Part shown: piece after piece, positions 10,930 to 24,000 of the stretch | How positions within the stretch are numbered: the first letter of the stretch is position 1 | How the letters are laid out: each line of letters opens with the position of its first letter | Assembly (NCBI GenBank): GCA_000320545.1 | Contig: ADNK01001509.1 | Span: 74,004 to 138,003, forward strand | Direction: 5' to 3' | From: Bigelowiella natans CCMP2755 | Taxonomy: Eukaryota > Protista > Cercozoa | Length of the DNA stretch: 64,000 nt | Made by a program: the position numbers and the translations under genes | Notes under the pieces: model-generated | Told to the model about the DNA's origin: nothing | Databases searched by the model: none | Seen by the model: only the letters and a program-made list of their open reading frames with translations

Positions 10930-12239
10930 TTATCTTCTGCTCATTTGATGTGTTTTCTTGAACCTCTTTTCAGTTTTGGTTGGTGACATCGCAAACGCTA
11001 GTTTTCTTTTGGGTTGATGATGCAGAGGTCCTGTCGCCACTGTATAGCTGTTATTCCGCTCAACTTTGATCTTCAAGGAAGGAATCTTCCTCTTTTGTGC
11101 AGCGTTTGGCATTTTATCCATCAGGAACGGATGCTGTAGTATCTCCTTCAGGGTCAATCTTTCACTCTCAGGGAGGAATATCTTAGAAAGTAGATCGGCT
11201 AGCGTGGCATCGATCTTCCAATTTTCTTGTAGAGATCGTGCACCTCCGGTGAGGAGTGTATATCGTTCGTTCATTTCAGTGGGACTATCTGTGATACTGA
11301 GACCAAGCTTTCCTGATGCCATGGCCAGAGCACAAAGCCCCAACCCCCATACATCACATTTTTGGTGGTCGAAAACTTCTCCACAGAATCGTTCGGGCGG
11401 CATACAATGAGACTTGCCTCCTCCACCAAAATCAATCAAGCGCACCTCGGTTCTTTCATTCTCTTTATGTAGCATGACGTTTTCGGGAGTTACGTCCAGG
11501 TGAGAAAAGCCTCGCTCGTGCACGTACATCAGCGCTAGAGTAAGCTGGCGAGTAAATAACCTCACTTCACGCACAGGGATACCGCTGTCAGGGATATTGT
11601 CGATAAGATCTCCGCCATTGCACCAGTCAACCGCCACTGCCAGCCGTGATGAATTCTCGAGCCAACCCACGAGGTTGACCACGTGTCGCCTTCCAGGGTG
11701 CTCTCTTTGCTTCTCACTCGAGAGCGCTTTGAAGATTTTTATCTCTCTCTCAGGACTTTCACCGTTGTAGTAGTATCTTATCCTTGAACAGTCGGTAACC
11801 TATTCAAAGCAGGAAAATGATATCAGCAATTTTCAATACTTCGCAGAATAATACGTGTCCACATACCTTCAGGAGGACTCTTTTTTGGTCTGTGAGTCGA
11901 ATTGCTTCGTAGGCGCTCCCAAAAATTGTGGGATGGATCTTACTTACAATGTGGTAGTCTTTTGCATGAATTTCTACCGGTAGAAAAATGTCTCCTGTTT
12001 TAGAACGGGGGGAGGGAACAAAGGGGGATAGGTCAGTTACCACTGCACGTGGGCTATAAGTTGATGAGCGTACCTTGATATTTTGGATGATAACTTGTTT
12101 TTTTCCCATTCATCGAGGAGGGTTTCAAATGAGAAGGAAGACCCTTTAACTTCATTTTTAGTTTCTTCACTTTCTTATCTTCCATTTGAATAACCAAGCT
12201 GCATCTCGGGTCGGAGTCTCTTAGTTTTCCAGGCTGCAT
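10930..12239 (-). CDS. Ser/Thr protein kinase (CAMK-like, non-RD)
   Basis: Spliced model gives IHPTIFGSAY...VLLK|VTD...EREIKI...DWCNGGDL...HLDVTPENV...DFG...MPPE...DVWGLG...RLTLKEILQHPFL. Start codon is uncertain (12239, 12185 or 12109). Confidence 0.8.
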
Positions 12240-12941
12240 CCTCTAAATTTTCCCACACCGTTATTCCTATCTCTTCGTTTGAGATGTTGGAGAAGATCAG
12301 CTAAATTTCTCCGGTATTTGCAAGGAGGAGGAAGGGGGATAGGGTCTGTGGTACCTTCTTCGTTTATGACACCCGCTCGGTAAGCCGGATGGGAACGTGC
12401 TCGGTTGCAATTTAGGACACAACATTTGCAGTATGATAGTGGAAATGCCTTCGGATTTTATGATAAATCTGACGGATGTTAATAAAACGCATGAGAAATA
12501 GCACCCATTTTCTCTTTTTCCTGAATGCTGCTCTTTCTCTTCTTGGTGAATCTCCCGGAACAAAACTCTTCTTTAAAACAGCCTCAATTTTACCCTATGA
12601 ACTAAATGTAGAGGATGTCGTTATGTACATTTCGGAAGTATTCTCATCCGACGTTTTACTTATCTTTTCGATAGAGCATCAACGGCAACGTCCCCTCGCT
12701 CACTTCGAATAATGATGACAATTTTAGTGATTCTGGCATGTCAAAGCAAGTCTCTGAACGAAAATGGATCAAATTATTTTTCCGTCTCATCTGTTCACTT
12801 CGAATGCACCGTGTTTTTCATTTATCTTCTCTGTTTCCGGTCTCTTTTTTTTTCTATGTCGCTTAATCCTAAACGACCAGGAACTTCTGCATTTTTGGCC
12901 TGCGACAACGATGCTCGATTATTAACCGATGTGTGACCAAC

Positions 12942-14606
12942 ATGCGCTCCGAGTGCAGCGATGATCAACAGCGCCCATGCTCCTCGCCAAGCCCCGCCAT
13001 CACCAGCATTTCAATTGTAGTTACAGTTCTCCTCTTTCAATCGGGCCAACGTAATTGTTTAGATATGAAGAAAAGGGAAGGCTCGTTGACATCAAACACT
13101 ACTACTACACTTGCTACTGCAGGTTCTGACACAAATGCTTCGGTTCGTAACTTTAATGGGATAGAGAAATCCGTCCTCAAAAATGGATTGGGATGCGGAG
13201 AAATTGAGGGATGTGGCAGGATTGTAGGCATATCATCTGGTCGTTCAGTATTCTTGCTTTTGCCTCTTAACAAGCTCTAACATCGAAATTAACCACAAAA
13301 TGTGATCTGCACACACCTAGACAGAAGCATCTCTGTGCGTCTCGTGGCATATTCATTGCACAGACAGCATTATTTATTGTTATTTCTTATTTGTTGGTTT
13401 CTACATAACCCTAGCCATCGGCGATCGGAGTCTTGGAGCATCATCTCTAGACGTGCTTAGGGGAGGACAAGGTGGAACTCCATTGCAAAGGAGGAGGAGG
13501 AGGAGAAACACCCGCAGCAGCCGGTCAAGAACGAGGCGGCGGCGGAGAGGGAGGAGTATACCGCGCAGCTCATCGGCTTTTGGTAGAAGGCAAAACAATT
13601 ACCCATCATCTGCTGCAAAGAGATCTGGTGCTGTAAGTGCTGTAAGCAGGCCAGATTCCCGACCCAGACAGAGAAGGAAATGGATGAACGTAGACCCTCC
13701 TCCCCCCCTTGTCAACGACGAGGAGGAGGATGAAGCGAGGCAAAATGTCGAATATGCTGAGCTTTTTCCGGACCAGTTTCCCCGAAGCAATTCTGTAAGC
13801 TGTGCAGTGGTGTAGATAGCGAATATGTTCCAACGAATAAATCTTGTAGTTTTGCATCTGTACCGTATAATCATGGATTACTGGGTTGCAGAAGGAAAAC
13901 CATTTGGATTTGAGTTAGAGTTTTGGCACTTCTACATTTTTCATTTTCTCACTATCCTCCTCATCATCATGATTATCACTGCGCTACCGTTCGTCGTTGT
14001 TGATAGGGTCTGATATCCCACCCCGGGGAGCATTCTGGAGAGAGGCGCAATGGGGCTACTGCAAGGGGGGACGAGAAAAATAAGATAGAGAAAGATCAGA
14101 CAAGAACACACCCACATGAGCATATCGACGCCCCTAGGAAAAGTAACTTGAAAGCCGCTCATAGCTATCCTAACTTCGAGATCCATGCCCACCTTAACAT
14201 TCAGCGAAAAGAAGATTTGCTACATTTCATTCTTGCATTTTCTATTACATCTCCTCCCCTCTTCTCTCATTCTTCATCATCTTAACCTGTTGTTCACGTT
14301 TTTCACCCCTTTTCTCCCTTGTTTCGATGCCAGTAACTTTCTCAAGCATGAAGCTTCAGCAGTTGTCATCGAGTATGCAGATGCAGCAGGGGGACGAGGA
14401 TCAGCAGAGCGACAGCAGCCCTCGTGGTGGTGGTGGTGGTGGCGGTGGCGGTGCAAACGATATTGGCGATTTGCATACGAGCAATGTTCGAGGTGCTTAA
14501 TGGAGAGATTACAATATAATAAAAGAATACGGGAGGAGAGAGAGACTGCAGCTTGATATAATCAAGCAACGCGTAAACGAAAATACACACACGCGCACAC
14601 GTACAC

Positions 14607-14644
<38 letters not shown>

Positions 14645-15368
14645 TTGATATATTCCATGCACTGACAGAGCAGAGGATTGACATGTCGGATCTCATTGAC
14701 AAAGCAGCCATTCCTGTGCATCAAGCCCATTCACCCACAACCATGCAAGTGAAAGATGAGACGAAGGTGTCACTTACCACGCCATTTCTAAAGAGCACGC
14801 TACTAATAGGCGCAGCTGTGTCGTCCTGATGATAGGCCTTCTAATATACATGAATAAATATAGAATGCAACGAGACCTGCGGTGGACACGACAGTAGCGA
14901 GGGATGAGAAACAGAAGCGCATAATCCAACAGGTTGTCCGTCCAAGACAACTCTATTTTTTAGTGATTTCAAATCACGAGTTTCACGATGATTCATACAG
15001 CGAAATGCCACTTTATGACGAGCTTCCTCTTTCTATGATTTGATTTTTGGCTCATAGCAGCAAGAGAACAGAAACGACTTGGGGGAGGAGGAATCCTCCT
15101 CGGTATATGCTCAGAGACGCATGGAGATTCCGAAGGCGTATCTCACCGCTGTGAAGCACCAGAAACGCATAAAAGATGATAAATGGGGTGCTGAGGTAGG
15201 AACATAGATTATCATGGCAGTACAATGACAACAGTATTTAGGAGGTGGGTCAGGGGTGGAGAAGGGGGGGGGGTTCATGAGAAGCGAAGTAGCAGCAACA
15301 CGTATTTGCAGTTGGAGTAATAGTAGTTGTCGAAGAGTAGGACGTGAACAAAGCAAGATCAAACACGT

Positions 15369-15411
<43 letters not shown>

Positions 15412-16228
15412 CACAAATGAAACAAACACACAACGCCTGGATGTGTGCTCGATTCTCATCATCATCATCATCATCATAAAATGGGCTACAGGAGGAAGAT
15501 GTCTACGATGATCGCAATAGCGCGATGTTCGCCAAATACCGCATGCAGGCTACTAGAAATCTGTCCACAGCGGGTAATGTAACAAGAAGGCAAAAGAGGG
15601 GGGGGGGGGAAATGACATCAAAACATATTACTTGCCGCTAAGAATATTGCCCCTCTTCCCCACCAGCACAACTTATGAGCTAACACCCGTGTTTTCACTT
15701 CAAAGCTCCGCACTCCTATATGCCCAGGTCCTCCATTGTTTATCCTCTTTTATTTTCAGGGGAGGCTGCTATTAGTAGCGCTGATTTCCGGCGAGAGGAG
15801 TTATCATCGAAAGAACAGCGCAAATTGATGGCCCTACCTCCAGGAACACGTGTCATGGCTTTAAGTAAGTATTCTATTTTCCCCAGAGAGCGATAGAAAA
15901 ATAAAGGGCGAGGAGAGTTAAGAACAATTCTCTCATATACTGACATGAAAATCAGAATTTGTTCTTTCAATCAAGCTTTGGTGAAATGCCTTTGGAGTAT
16001 CCTCTCTTCCATTTCGCGCCGTTGAGCTGTCGGTTGCACTCGCTTATGATGATGAAGTATGACGGTTCTTCCTTCTTCTCTGCGTGTGTTCTGCATCATC
16101 CGCATTGTCGCAGCTTTGTATGACCAACCGGAACGAAACGGACAGTACGGAAAAATAGTGTCATATGAGGCTGACATTGATAAATATGAGGTACAATGAC
16201 TATATCACAACGTTTCTCTTACTCTCCC

Positions 16229-16266
<38 letters not shown>

Positions 16267-18384
16267 ATCTCTTCCTTGCACATGTGGATATGCAGTAGTT
16301 CTCTTTCGAATAAAGCATATCACTAGCCTTCCCCATTCTTCCTTCTTCTTCCTTTTCTTCTTCTTCTTTTTCTTTTCCCTCCCCCCCATCCTCATTCTCC
16401 AACTCCCCCCGCATACTTCAATATACAGGTTTTGATGGATCAGGACTGGAGACTAAACTTTACGATACAAATGTCGCAAGGTAGTAGGGCCTTTTGTACT
16501 ACAGCAAATGTATATACCATCAACAGCATCTTCTTATTATTTCTCCTCCTCTTCTAGATCAATTCGCCCAACGTGTGGAAAACTGTACCCTGCACCATGT
16601 GCCTCCCATGAAGTACGATAGCAGTGTAGTAGTAGTAGTAGTAGTAGTAGTAGTCGTCGTCGTCGTAGTAGTAATAGCATAGCTGTCTGGACGAGCAAGT
16701 GGAAGATGATCGCGCTTTCACTAGAAATAGAGAAACGCAGTTAGATCATTCTTCGGTGAATGTGGGCGGTTCTAAGATGAGAATACTGATTACAGTTGCT
16801 GAAATCCACGATATAACGAAAACTACTGCCAACATATGGCATACTATTATTACATCATCATGCCGTTGTCCTCCTTCTCCCCCTTCTCCTCCTCCTCCTC
16901 CTCCTCCTCCTCCTCCTCCTCCCTGGTGTGCTTCTACTCACCTACCTTCCCACTTACCTATCTGTCCTCTTCTGCCAGGAGTAAAGAAGTGGAGCTCAAC
17001 TTGAACAACGACAGATGTGCAGTGGTGCAGTGGTTTCCCGATTTGGGTAGGAATCAACGCCAGTGATGATAATGATGATGATGGTGGTGGTGGTGGTGAT
17101 AATGATGATAATGGTGGCATGGCTGTGATGCGGCTTCGGTACTGCCTCTGGTTTGCTTCAAGATCCCATATCCAAAATTCATCTTGATTTCTTGTGCAAT
17201 GAGGTCGATGATGAAATCCATACAAACATATCGTATATTGCCTATCGTTCTTGATGTTGCTTGATTGATCTCTGCATCGCTAAGATATCATATATGTGTC
17301 TACTATTCTTGATCCCCCCTCATGTAAAGATAAATCGGGAAGATATGCTGTTCTCATGTACGATGGAATGACGGAGGGGTAATAGCAGCCAATCGAGCTG
17401 TCATTTAGAAGTTACTGTTGCATCATACTACGAGCACCCTTGCCAGTATTCGCTATGTCGCTGCCACAACTCATCTAAAGTCTTCCTTTTGCTCTTCTCA
17501 CTTAGATACATCTTATACTTCCATCCGCACCAAATCAAATTGCCTGTGGGCACGAGGGTCCTCTGCTATTACTACTTCTACTACTACTACTACTATATAT
17601 TCTGCTATTGATGTAGCTACTAGGACTACTGCTGCTGTGATTATGGGAGCTTCCTTCCATTTCTAAATTCTCATCTATCGTCATGTAGTATCAGTGAATC
17701 ATGTCAGCACGAATTCATAATATGTCTTGGGATACGTTTCTTTACGCAACACACATCATATGTATTATTCAACGTTGGTGTGTGTATTTGTAAGCGAAGA
17801 CTCTCCTGCCTGCCTCCTCTCTCTTCTGTTACGCGTGTATTGCGTCCTACACATACTCTGCATTATGGTGAGCATGAAGCTTTGAATAAATCATGCAGGT
17901 TAAAATCCGACAGTTGCAACGACGGATCCACTACAATGGGTATGCTATTCACAGCCAACATGTGCTTCATTTGGAACTATTGACGAACGAAAGACCAGGC
18001 CGAATTCCTTTTGTTAAGAAGTGGTTGAAAGATAAATGGAATCAGTTTCCAAAGAGTATTGTTTAGTTTAGAAACTGAAAGGCATTCACTCAAGGCTTCA
18101 TCGTCGTTCATTGTCTTCACTCTGCGAAGTTTTGTTATTTGCGAATTTGAGTTGAGATCTGAAGAAATTGTTTAACTTGCATATACAGGAAATGGGGTTC
18201 AGTGTCGCGCTGGATAGAGAGGGAAAGGAGATACCAGGTGAAGCGACATTCATTTTTGCAATACTACTTGAAGGCTATTGTTTTACAGAAAGAGTGAGTA
18301 TACTGAATATGATGCTACGGACTCTAGGTTGACATGGGAACAGAATACATTCTAGTGAGACCAGAGAAGGCAATTGCTTGCTAA
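12942..18384 (+). CDS. Multi-exon protein: disordered N-terminus plus three tandem SH3/KOW-like beta-barrel repeats
   Basis: Hand-spliced C-terminus: LPPGTRVMALTLYDQPERNGQYGKIVSYEADIDKYEVLMD...; ...AEIHDI...LNNDRCAVVQWFPDLDKSGRYAVLM...; IKLPVGTRVKIRQLQRRIHYNGKWGSVSRWIERERRYQVDMGTEYILVRPEKAIAC* (TAA 18382-18384). One GC-AG intron (16839-16978). The 5' end is uncertain. Confidence 0.65.
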
Positions 18385-18439
18385 AAGTAAAAAACGAACA
18401 ACTGTATTTCGTTGCGTGACACCCACTTATCTAAAACTA

Positions 18440-19070
18440 GTAAAATGCGAGCGAAAGAGCTGCGATCGATGCAATGCCAAGATAAGTGCTGAACGGTTCG
18501 CATACTTAATATATATTTACTCGCTGGTAGTGCCCATGCAACTCTCATAAACTAGTAAATGCAGCTGTTGCTCCCAAATATGTGCTTGTCGGTCACATGT
18601 AGATATGCATGCACGCGGAGGAGCAGATCTAGAGATGTATAATTATGTAACGGTATGCGGCGCGCAATGCAATCTAGCAATGCTTTCTATCATCTCTTAA
18701 CTAGTTAAGTTCGAGGTGTAGCGCATTTATCAATTGGTACAATGTTGCTACGTGATGATGCACATATCGCTATATCATACATGGCAATGTATGTATGTAT
18801 GTATGTATGTATATATGTCATGGGGCTTTGAAAAACATATGCAGTTTATGCAATTAACTTGCATATAATATATGGCCTAGATAGATATGTGTGCAGATAT
18901 GTATCGAGTTGGTCATGCACGCGACATGTACCTCTAAGAAATAGATGTATATTCTGTTCCATTCATTGACGTTAAAATATTTTTCATTCTGTTCATACAA
19001 CTGCTGTGCCTGTCCCATAACGGTGCACGCGATGTTACAATTTCACCGAAAGCATCTTGACGTTTAGTTA
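18440..19070. other. Block D: palindrome-rich zone at a convergent junction
   Basis: Lies between stops 18384(+) and 19119(-). Contains CTTAACTAGTTAAG (18696-18709), (TATG)n and many ATGCA/CATG. Confidence 0.65.
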
Positions 19071-19118
19071 GCGCTTGATCAAATTAATTCTTAATTGGAA
19101 TGAATTGAAGTAATTGCT

Positions 19119-20238
19119 CTATTCTTTCCACCATTCCATCTTCACAATAGCGTGTGCTATACCGGCAATGAGAATAATCGACATCACAGTGGCGACCTAT
19201 AGTGAAAAGGGGGGTGATGCAATTATGGTGTGTTGAATGTAATTTGCTGATGCTAGTCAAAGAGAGGAATTTTGCGATATTATTTCTCTGACCTGTTTCA
19301 TAGGAAGATCATCATTCCGACAAGTGATATCTACTTGTGTTGACCGGATCCATTCTTTCATACGGTTATACCTGAATTTAATTCATATTATTGGTGTTAG
19401 TTAGGCCAGAAAAGGGTGAAGAGGAGAGTTCTGAAGGGAAAAACTAGGAGAGACAATATTAAAGATAGGGAAGAGGGGGTAGGAAAGGTAGGAAAGGCAG
19501 GTACACCTGATGACTCCGTATGCGAAGAACGCGAGTCCTGTCATTTGAAACCACACGGCGATAATTCTGTCCATCCTACACGCACGTGTCGTTATCATTG
19601 GAGAGGGAAAAATCCTTGATTTAGGAAATTATAAATATGGAACCAAATCCCCAACATCTGACAGGGTATGTTTGTCATGTGATTCCCCATTTTAAGGCCT
19701 CACAGGATTCGAATTGGATCAAATATCAAAATAACACCTACCAGGTCTCCGCGGGGAAAAAGTAGGTATGCGCGAAAGCGATTGCGTATCCCAACGCAAA
19801 CATCTTTAGCGACGTGCGTACCCTTCATGAAAATAGTAGCGATGATGTTTTTTGTTAGGATAACAAAGTATCCGTAGGATGCATCTCACATTCATTGAGA
19901 GAGAAAAGAGAGAGAGGGAGAGAGAGAGAGAGAGAGAGGGAGGGAGGGAGGGAGGGAGGGAGACCATATGCGTATTTAAAGTCGTATATAATTACATCAG
20001 TTTACCATGCTAGAAAGGTTCGCTCGTTCGCTAGTTTGGTCTCTGTTACAAATCAAGCCCTCTTTAGTTACAACTTCAGGTACATTCAAATTTCCTACGA
20101 TATCATGTCATTACTCTGTTTGCACGTTTATGTATGTGCTTCATAATCATCGAATCATTTTCCGATTTATATAATAGCTGTTATATGCGTTATCTCACTG
20201 GCTATCGCTGCAGGGACATGGCTGGAGTAATTCTCCAT
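19119..20238 (-). CDS. DUF202 (YidH/VTC1-like) three-TM membrane protein, 127 aa
   Basis: Six GT-AG exons (20238-20199, 20042-20006, 19822-19742, 19575-19507, 19371-19293, 19196-19119) total 384 nt, all in phase. Translation contains KLANERTFLAWVRTSL and three hydrophobic segments. Confidence 0.9.
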
Positions 20239-21088
20239 GCCCGCTGCTCGGAGTTCGAGCACAAGGCGTTCCGATAGGGCTTGAACTGAATATAAGTTAG
20301 AACATATTTTGATAGGGAAATATCTCTTATATTTCATCAACAAGGATCACACCTAACTCATCAATGATGATTATGTAATGAGAAATTTTTATCATGCATT
20401 AGGTTCATATTTCGATGGAAATATGTATAATTTCAATCTAAAAGTTTGCTACTCGTAAGATTTCCTGATTTCCGAGATGATGTCGCTGTCGATAAAAAAG
20501 CCAGGAGAGACTGCAACACGAATCGTTGTGTGAAGCGGAAATACCTGCTGAGACATGATTCACAGGAACATGCTGCTACGACAACGATAGTGTGGCAAAA
20601 ACAGTTTGAAATCTGGACGAATCAAAAGGAATATCAGCGACACGCGTTAGCTACTCATATCAAACACGCAGGAAAGTCTTAAGGTGTTTTCCCTATGTGC
20701 GACTTGCTTCGAAGACGTCAGTCGAAGTTTTCAAACAATTTACAACTTCCTTTTTCCTCCGTGTCGCCTGCAAGTGGATGTTTAGTATGAGCGACAGGTG
20801 CATAATCATGTCGTAAGTTTAGAAATTGATCCGTTTTGGCTCGTTTGCAGAACAGATCTAAAAGGGAGGCACACGCTCCCACCCTTGACTTCCTGTACTT
20901 TCTTGTGGGCAACCAGAAAAGAAGGAAGAAGAGAGACCAGTGATTCAGAACGGACAGTCGCTCCCACACGGGAATGGTCGGCACTCGGTAAACACTATCC
21001 TGGGGAAATCGACAGCACTCTTGCATCCTGCTCCCCCTGGTGAGGAAACTTTTGTTAGTCTCGATTGGGCTGCCAGAAGAGATCCGCG

Positions 21089-24000
21089 ATGGGACAAGAC
21101 AAGAAGGCGGAAAAAAAGGGGAACGGGGAATATAATACAAAGCGTGAAGATGAACAGGGTCAGTGGTGGACATTAATTGCGTCAAACTTGTAGTTTTGCG
21201 ATTGGATATTGAACATATTTGCGGGTCATCATCTCGATGTCGCAAATATATTTGAGTAAATTTTGCACATGAAATAACCTTGAAGAATAATCAAAATTTT
21301 GGAATTCGTAAGATCGACTGTTAATTTATACATTGTTGTATAGATGCCAGGCATTCGTGTGGAGGAATTTGCAGCTGGCTCCCCTGCTTCAGACCGTATC
21401 GGGGTGATATGGAGGACATTCGAACCGTGATTTCAAATGCCCCATTTTCTGGAGACCCGGTATCTTGCTGGTATTGTTCATTTTTGTTTCAAACTAATAT
21501 ATGTTAACTTCCCCCAGGAGATAGTGTATGGACATGAATTCATGTCCAACTATGTGAGCACAACTCGATATACAGTTTGGAACTTCCTCTTCAAGGTAAG
21601 TAATCAGTAGGGAGAAAGCGAAATTTAAGTAAAGGAACTTATTATAAACTGACAACTAGAATATTATACGACCTACATCCTAAACTCTTGTTGTATGGGC
21701 CACAGAACCTTTACGAGCAGTTTCAAAAGGCTGCCAACTTTTACTTTCTTTTGGTGGCGATTGTCACATCTATACCAGGTGATTCATATAGAACAGGAGC
21801 GAAATTAAAGCTACACAAGCGGCCTTTTTTGCTGATTTTTGTTGTTTCCAGGCGTCTCTACCATTCCTGTGTGGTCAACTGTCACGCCTTTGGCGTTTGT
21901 GCTGGGAGTAACAGCGATAAAAGACGGCATTGATGACTATAAACGCTATAAGGTGACACTTTATGAATTTATGAAGATTTGATAGATTTTTTACAGCCAG
22001 CCTTCCGTTTTTGTGACTAATTACGTATTATCAGAACGATCGAGAGCAGAATCGGAGGCAAGTTGAAGTTTTGATCTCGGGGGAATCTGGCGAGACCCGG
22101 AGAACGAGATGGGAAGATTTGCAAGTGGGCCATGTAATCAAGGTGGTGGCTAGGCTATTATCGCAGCCGCAGCAGCAGTAGCAGCAGTAGTAGCATTTTA
22201 TCATAGCCCAGACGCAATCTGAAAACATAGGATTCGTAGGCCTCACATGATCACATTACTCAGGTGAACGAGGGGGGGGTGTTTCCGGCGGACTTAGTCT
22301 TGCTAACAAGCTCAAGACCAAATGGTTCGTTCGATGAGCGCAGAAAGGAGGGGGAGGGGGTGAGGGCCGGGGGTGGATTTCGGCGGGCAATAAATAGAAG
22401 CCACTTTCAACAGTATGTTGAATACGAAGAATCCGGTGTGAATATGTCCCCTCCAAACATTCCCCATTTGTCAGGTGATTGTGGCATTCAAACCGCAACG
22501 CTTGATGGAGAGACGAATCTAAAGCTGAGGCAGGTATCATTCATCACAATCTAAAGGCTTCCTCAGTTCTCTTTGCATGCATCTGAGACATAAATTCCTG
22601 CTAATATAAGGCATTGAAGGAAACAGCCAAACTAAGCCCTGATGTGCTCGCACGAGAGGGCGAAATTGTAGTTAAGTGCGAGGTAATCACAGTAGCGCCG
22701 AAGCCGTTAGTTTATGCAATACGGGTGTTGTATATGCGTTGTCGTATCCTTCCCATTGACTACCTGAAGTATATGCGCCGAGTACGCAGTATTATTCATC
22801 CGGAGCTCATTCTCTTCTCCTCGCCCCCCTCCTCCCCAATGACGCATCATCACAGAGACCTCACACGGCACTCTACCAGTTCGATGGCCAGCTACTGCTT
22901 GGAGAGGAGCGGCACTCGCTAAACTCAAACCATCTCCTTCCGAGGGGAGCAATTATGAAAGAAACAAAGTAGTAGCAGCACTTTGTATTTCAACCTACTT
23001 GTCTGTCAACTTCGGAAGCCGAATATAAGAACTGCGAGGGTGAGGGGGGGGGGGGTGCGTCAAAAGTAACGAATTACATCCATGAATGAAAAGGGAGCTC
23101 TAGTTTTCACAGAGCCTGATTTTGTATCTACGGTATTATCATCTTTCTGGTCGTTCTCCTCCTCCCTCCCTCTGCAGATACGTCTATGCGTTGGTCGTAT
23201 ACACGGGGGACCAGACAAAGGTAGTAGAATCTGCGCATGATATCATTTGCTAAGAGAGAGAGAGAGAGAAAGAGGAGGGGGGTTGGAGGTTAGGGGGTTT
23301 ATAGCAGCATGATGTCGTGCCCGTCGAGAGGAATTTGGCTTATTTTCGCGGGGATGAAACAGAAGAAGGCTAAAATACACAAAGAGGATAGATTCCCTCT
23401 AGAATGAGTATCTTCGCTATTTCTACTGCTCAGATCATGCTGAACAACGACCCCCCCCGCTTCAAGCGCTCGCATATGGATCTAGTCATGAATAAGCAGA
23501 TGTGAGACCCAAATCTTATCTTTGTCCTGTGCGCCTGATGTCTTGGTGTTGTTTTTTTAAAAAAATACTCCCTTGTCTCGGATCTTTTATAACCTGGCGT
23601 GTCCCGAAAACAATTTTTAGCAGTTTACGACACTGGAGATGATATTTGCCTCTCCCCCCCCCCCTCCCTCCCGTTTGCTTTTTAGGTATTTGATATTCGT
23701 TCTTCAGTTCTGTATCGTATTCACGGCAACAGTGCTCAGCGGTTGGTTTTACGTGAATCAAGCCGGAGATCATTGGTACCTTCGCATAGATGATACCTCC
23801 ACAAACGCAGGCGCACGCATAGGATTGCGCAACTTCTTTGCCTTTTACGTCCTGCTGAGCGTGATGGTACCGATCTCGCTGTACGTCTCCATGGAGTTGG
23901 TGCGTGTTGGGCAAGCGATCTTTGTGAATATTGATAATAGCATGTGGGACGAAGAGGACGGAAAGCTCGCGTCGGTCAAATCGACCACACTCAGCGAGGA

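Noticed and set aside
13795-13815. Possible 21-nt nucleomorph-style intron or TAG read-through joining two in-frame ORFs
   Set aside because: A normal intron 13795-14006 gives an in-phase continuation; the downstream ORF reads like intron sequence.
20780-21040. Apparent need for non-canonical donors at the flippase 5' end
   Set aside because: ATG 21089 with a canonical GT donor splices in phase, so upstream segments are probably 5' UTR.
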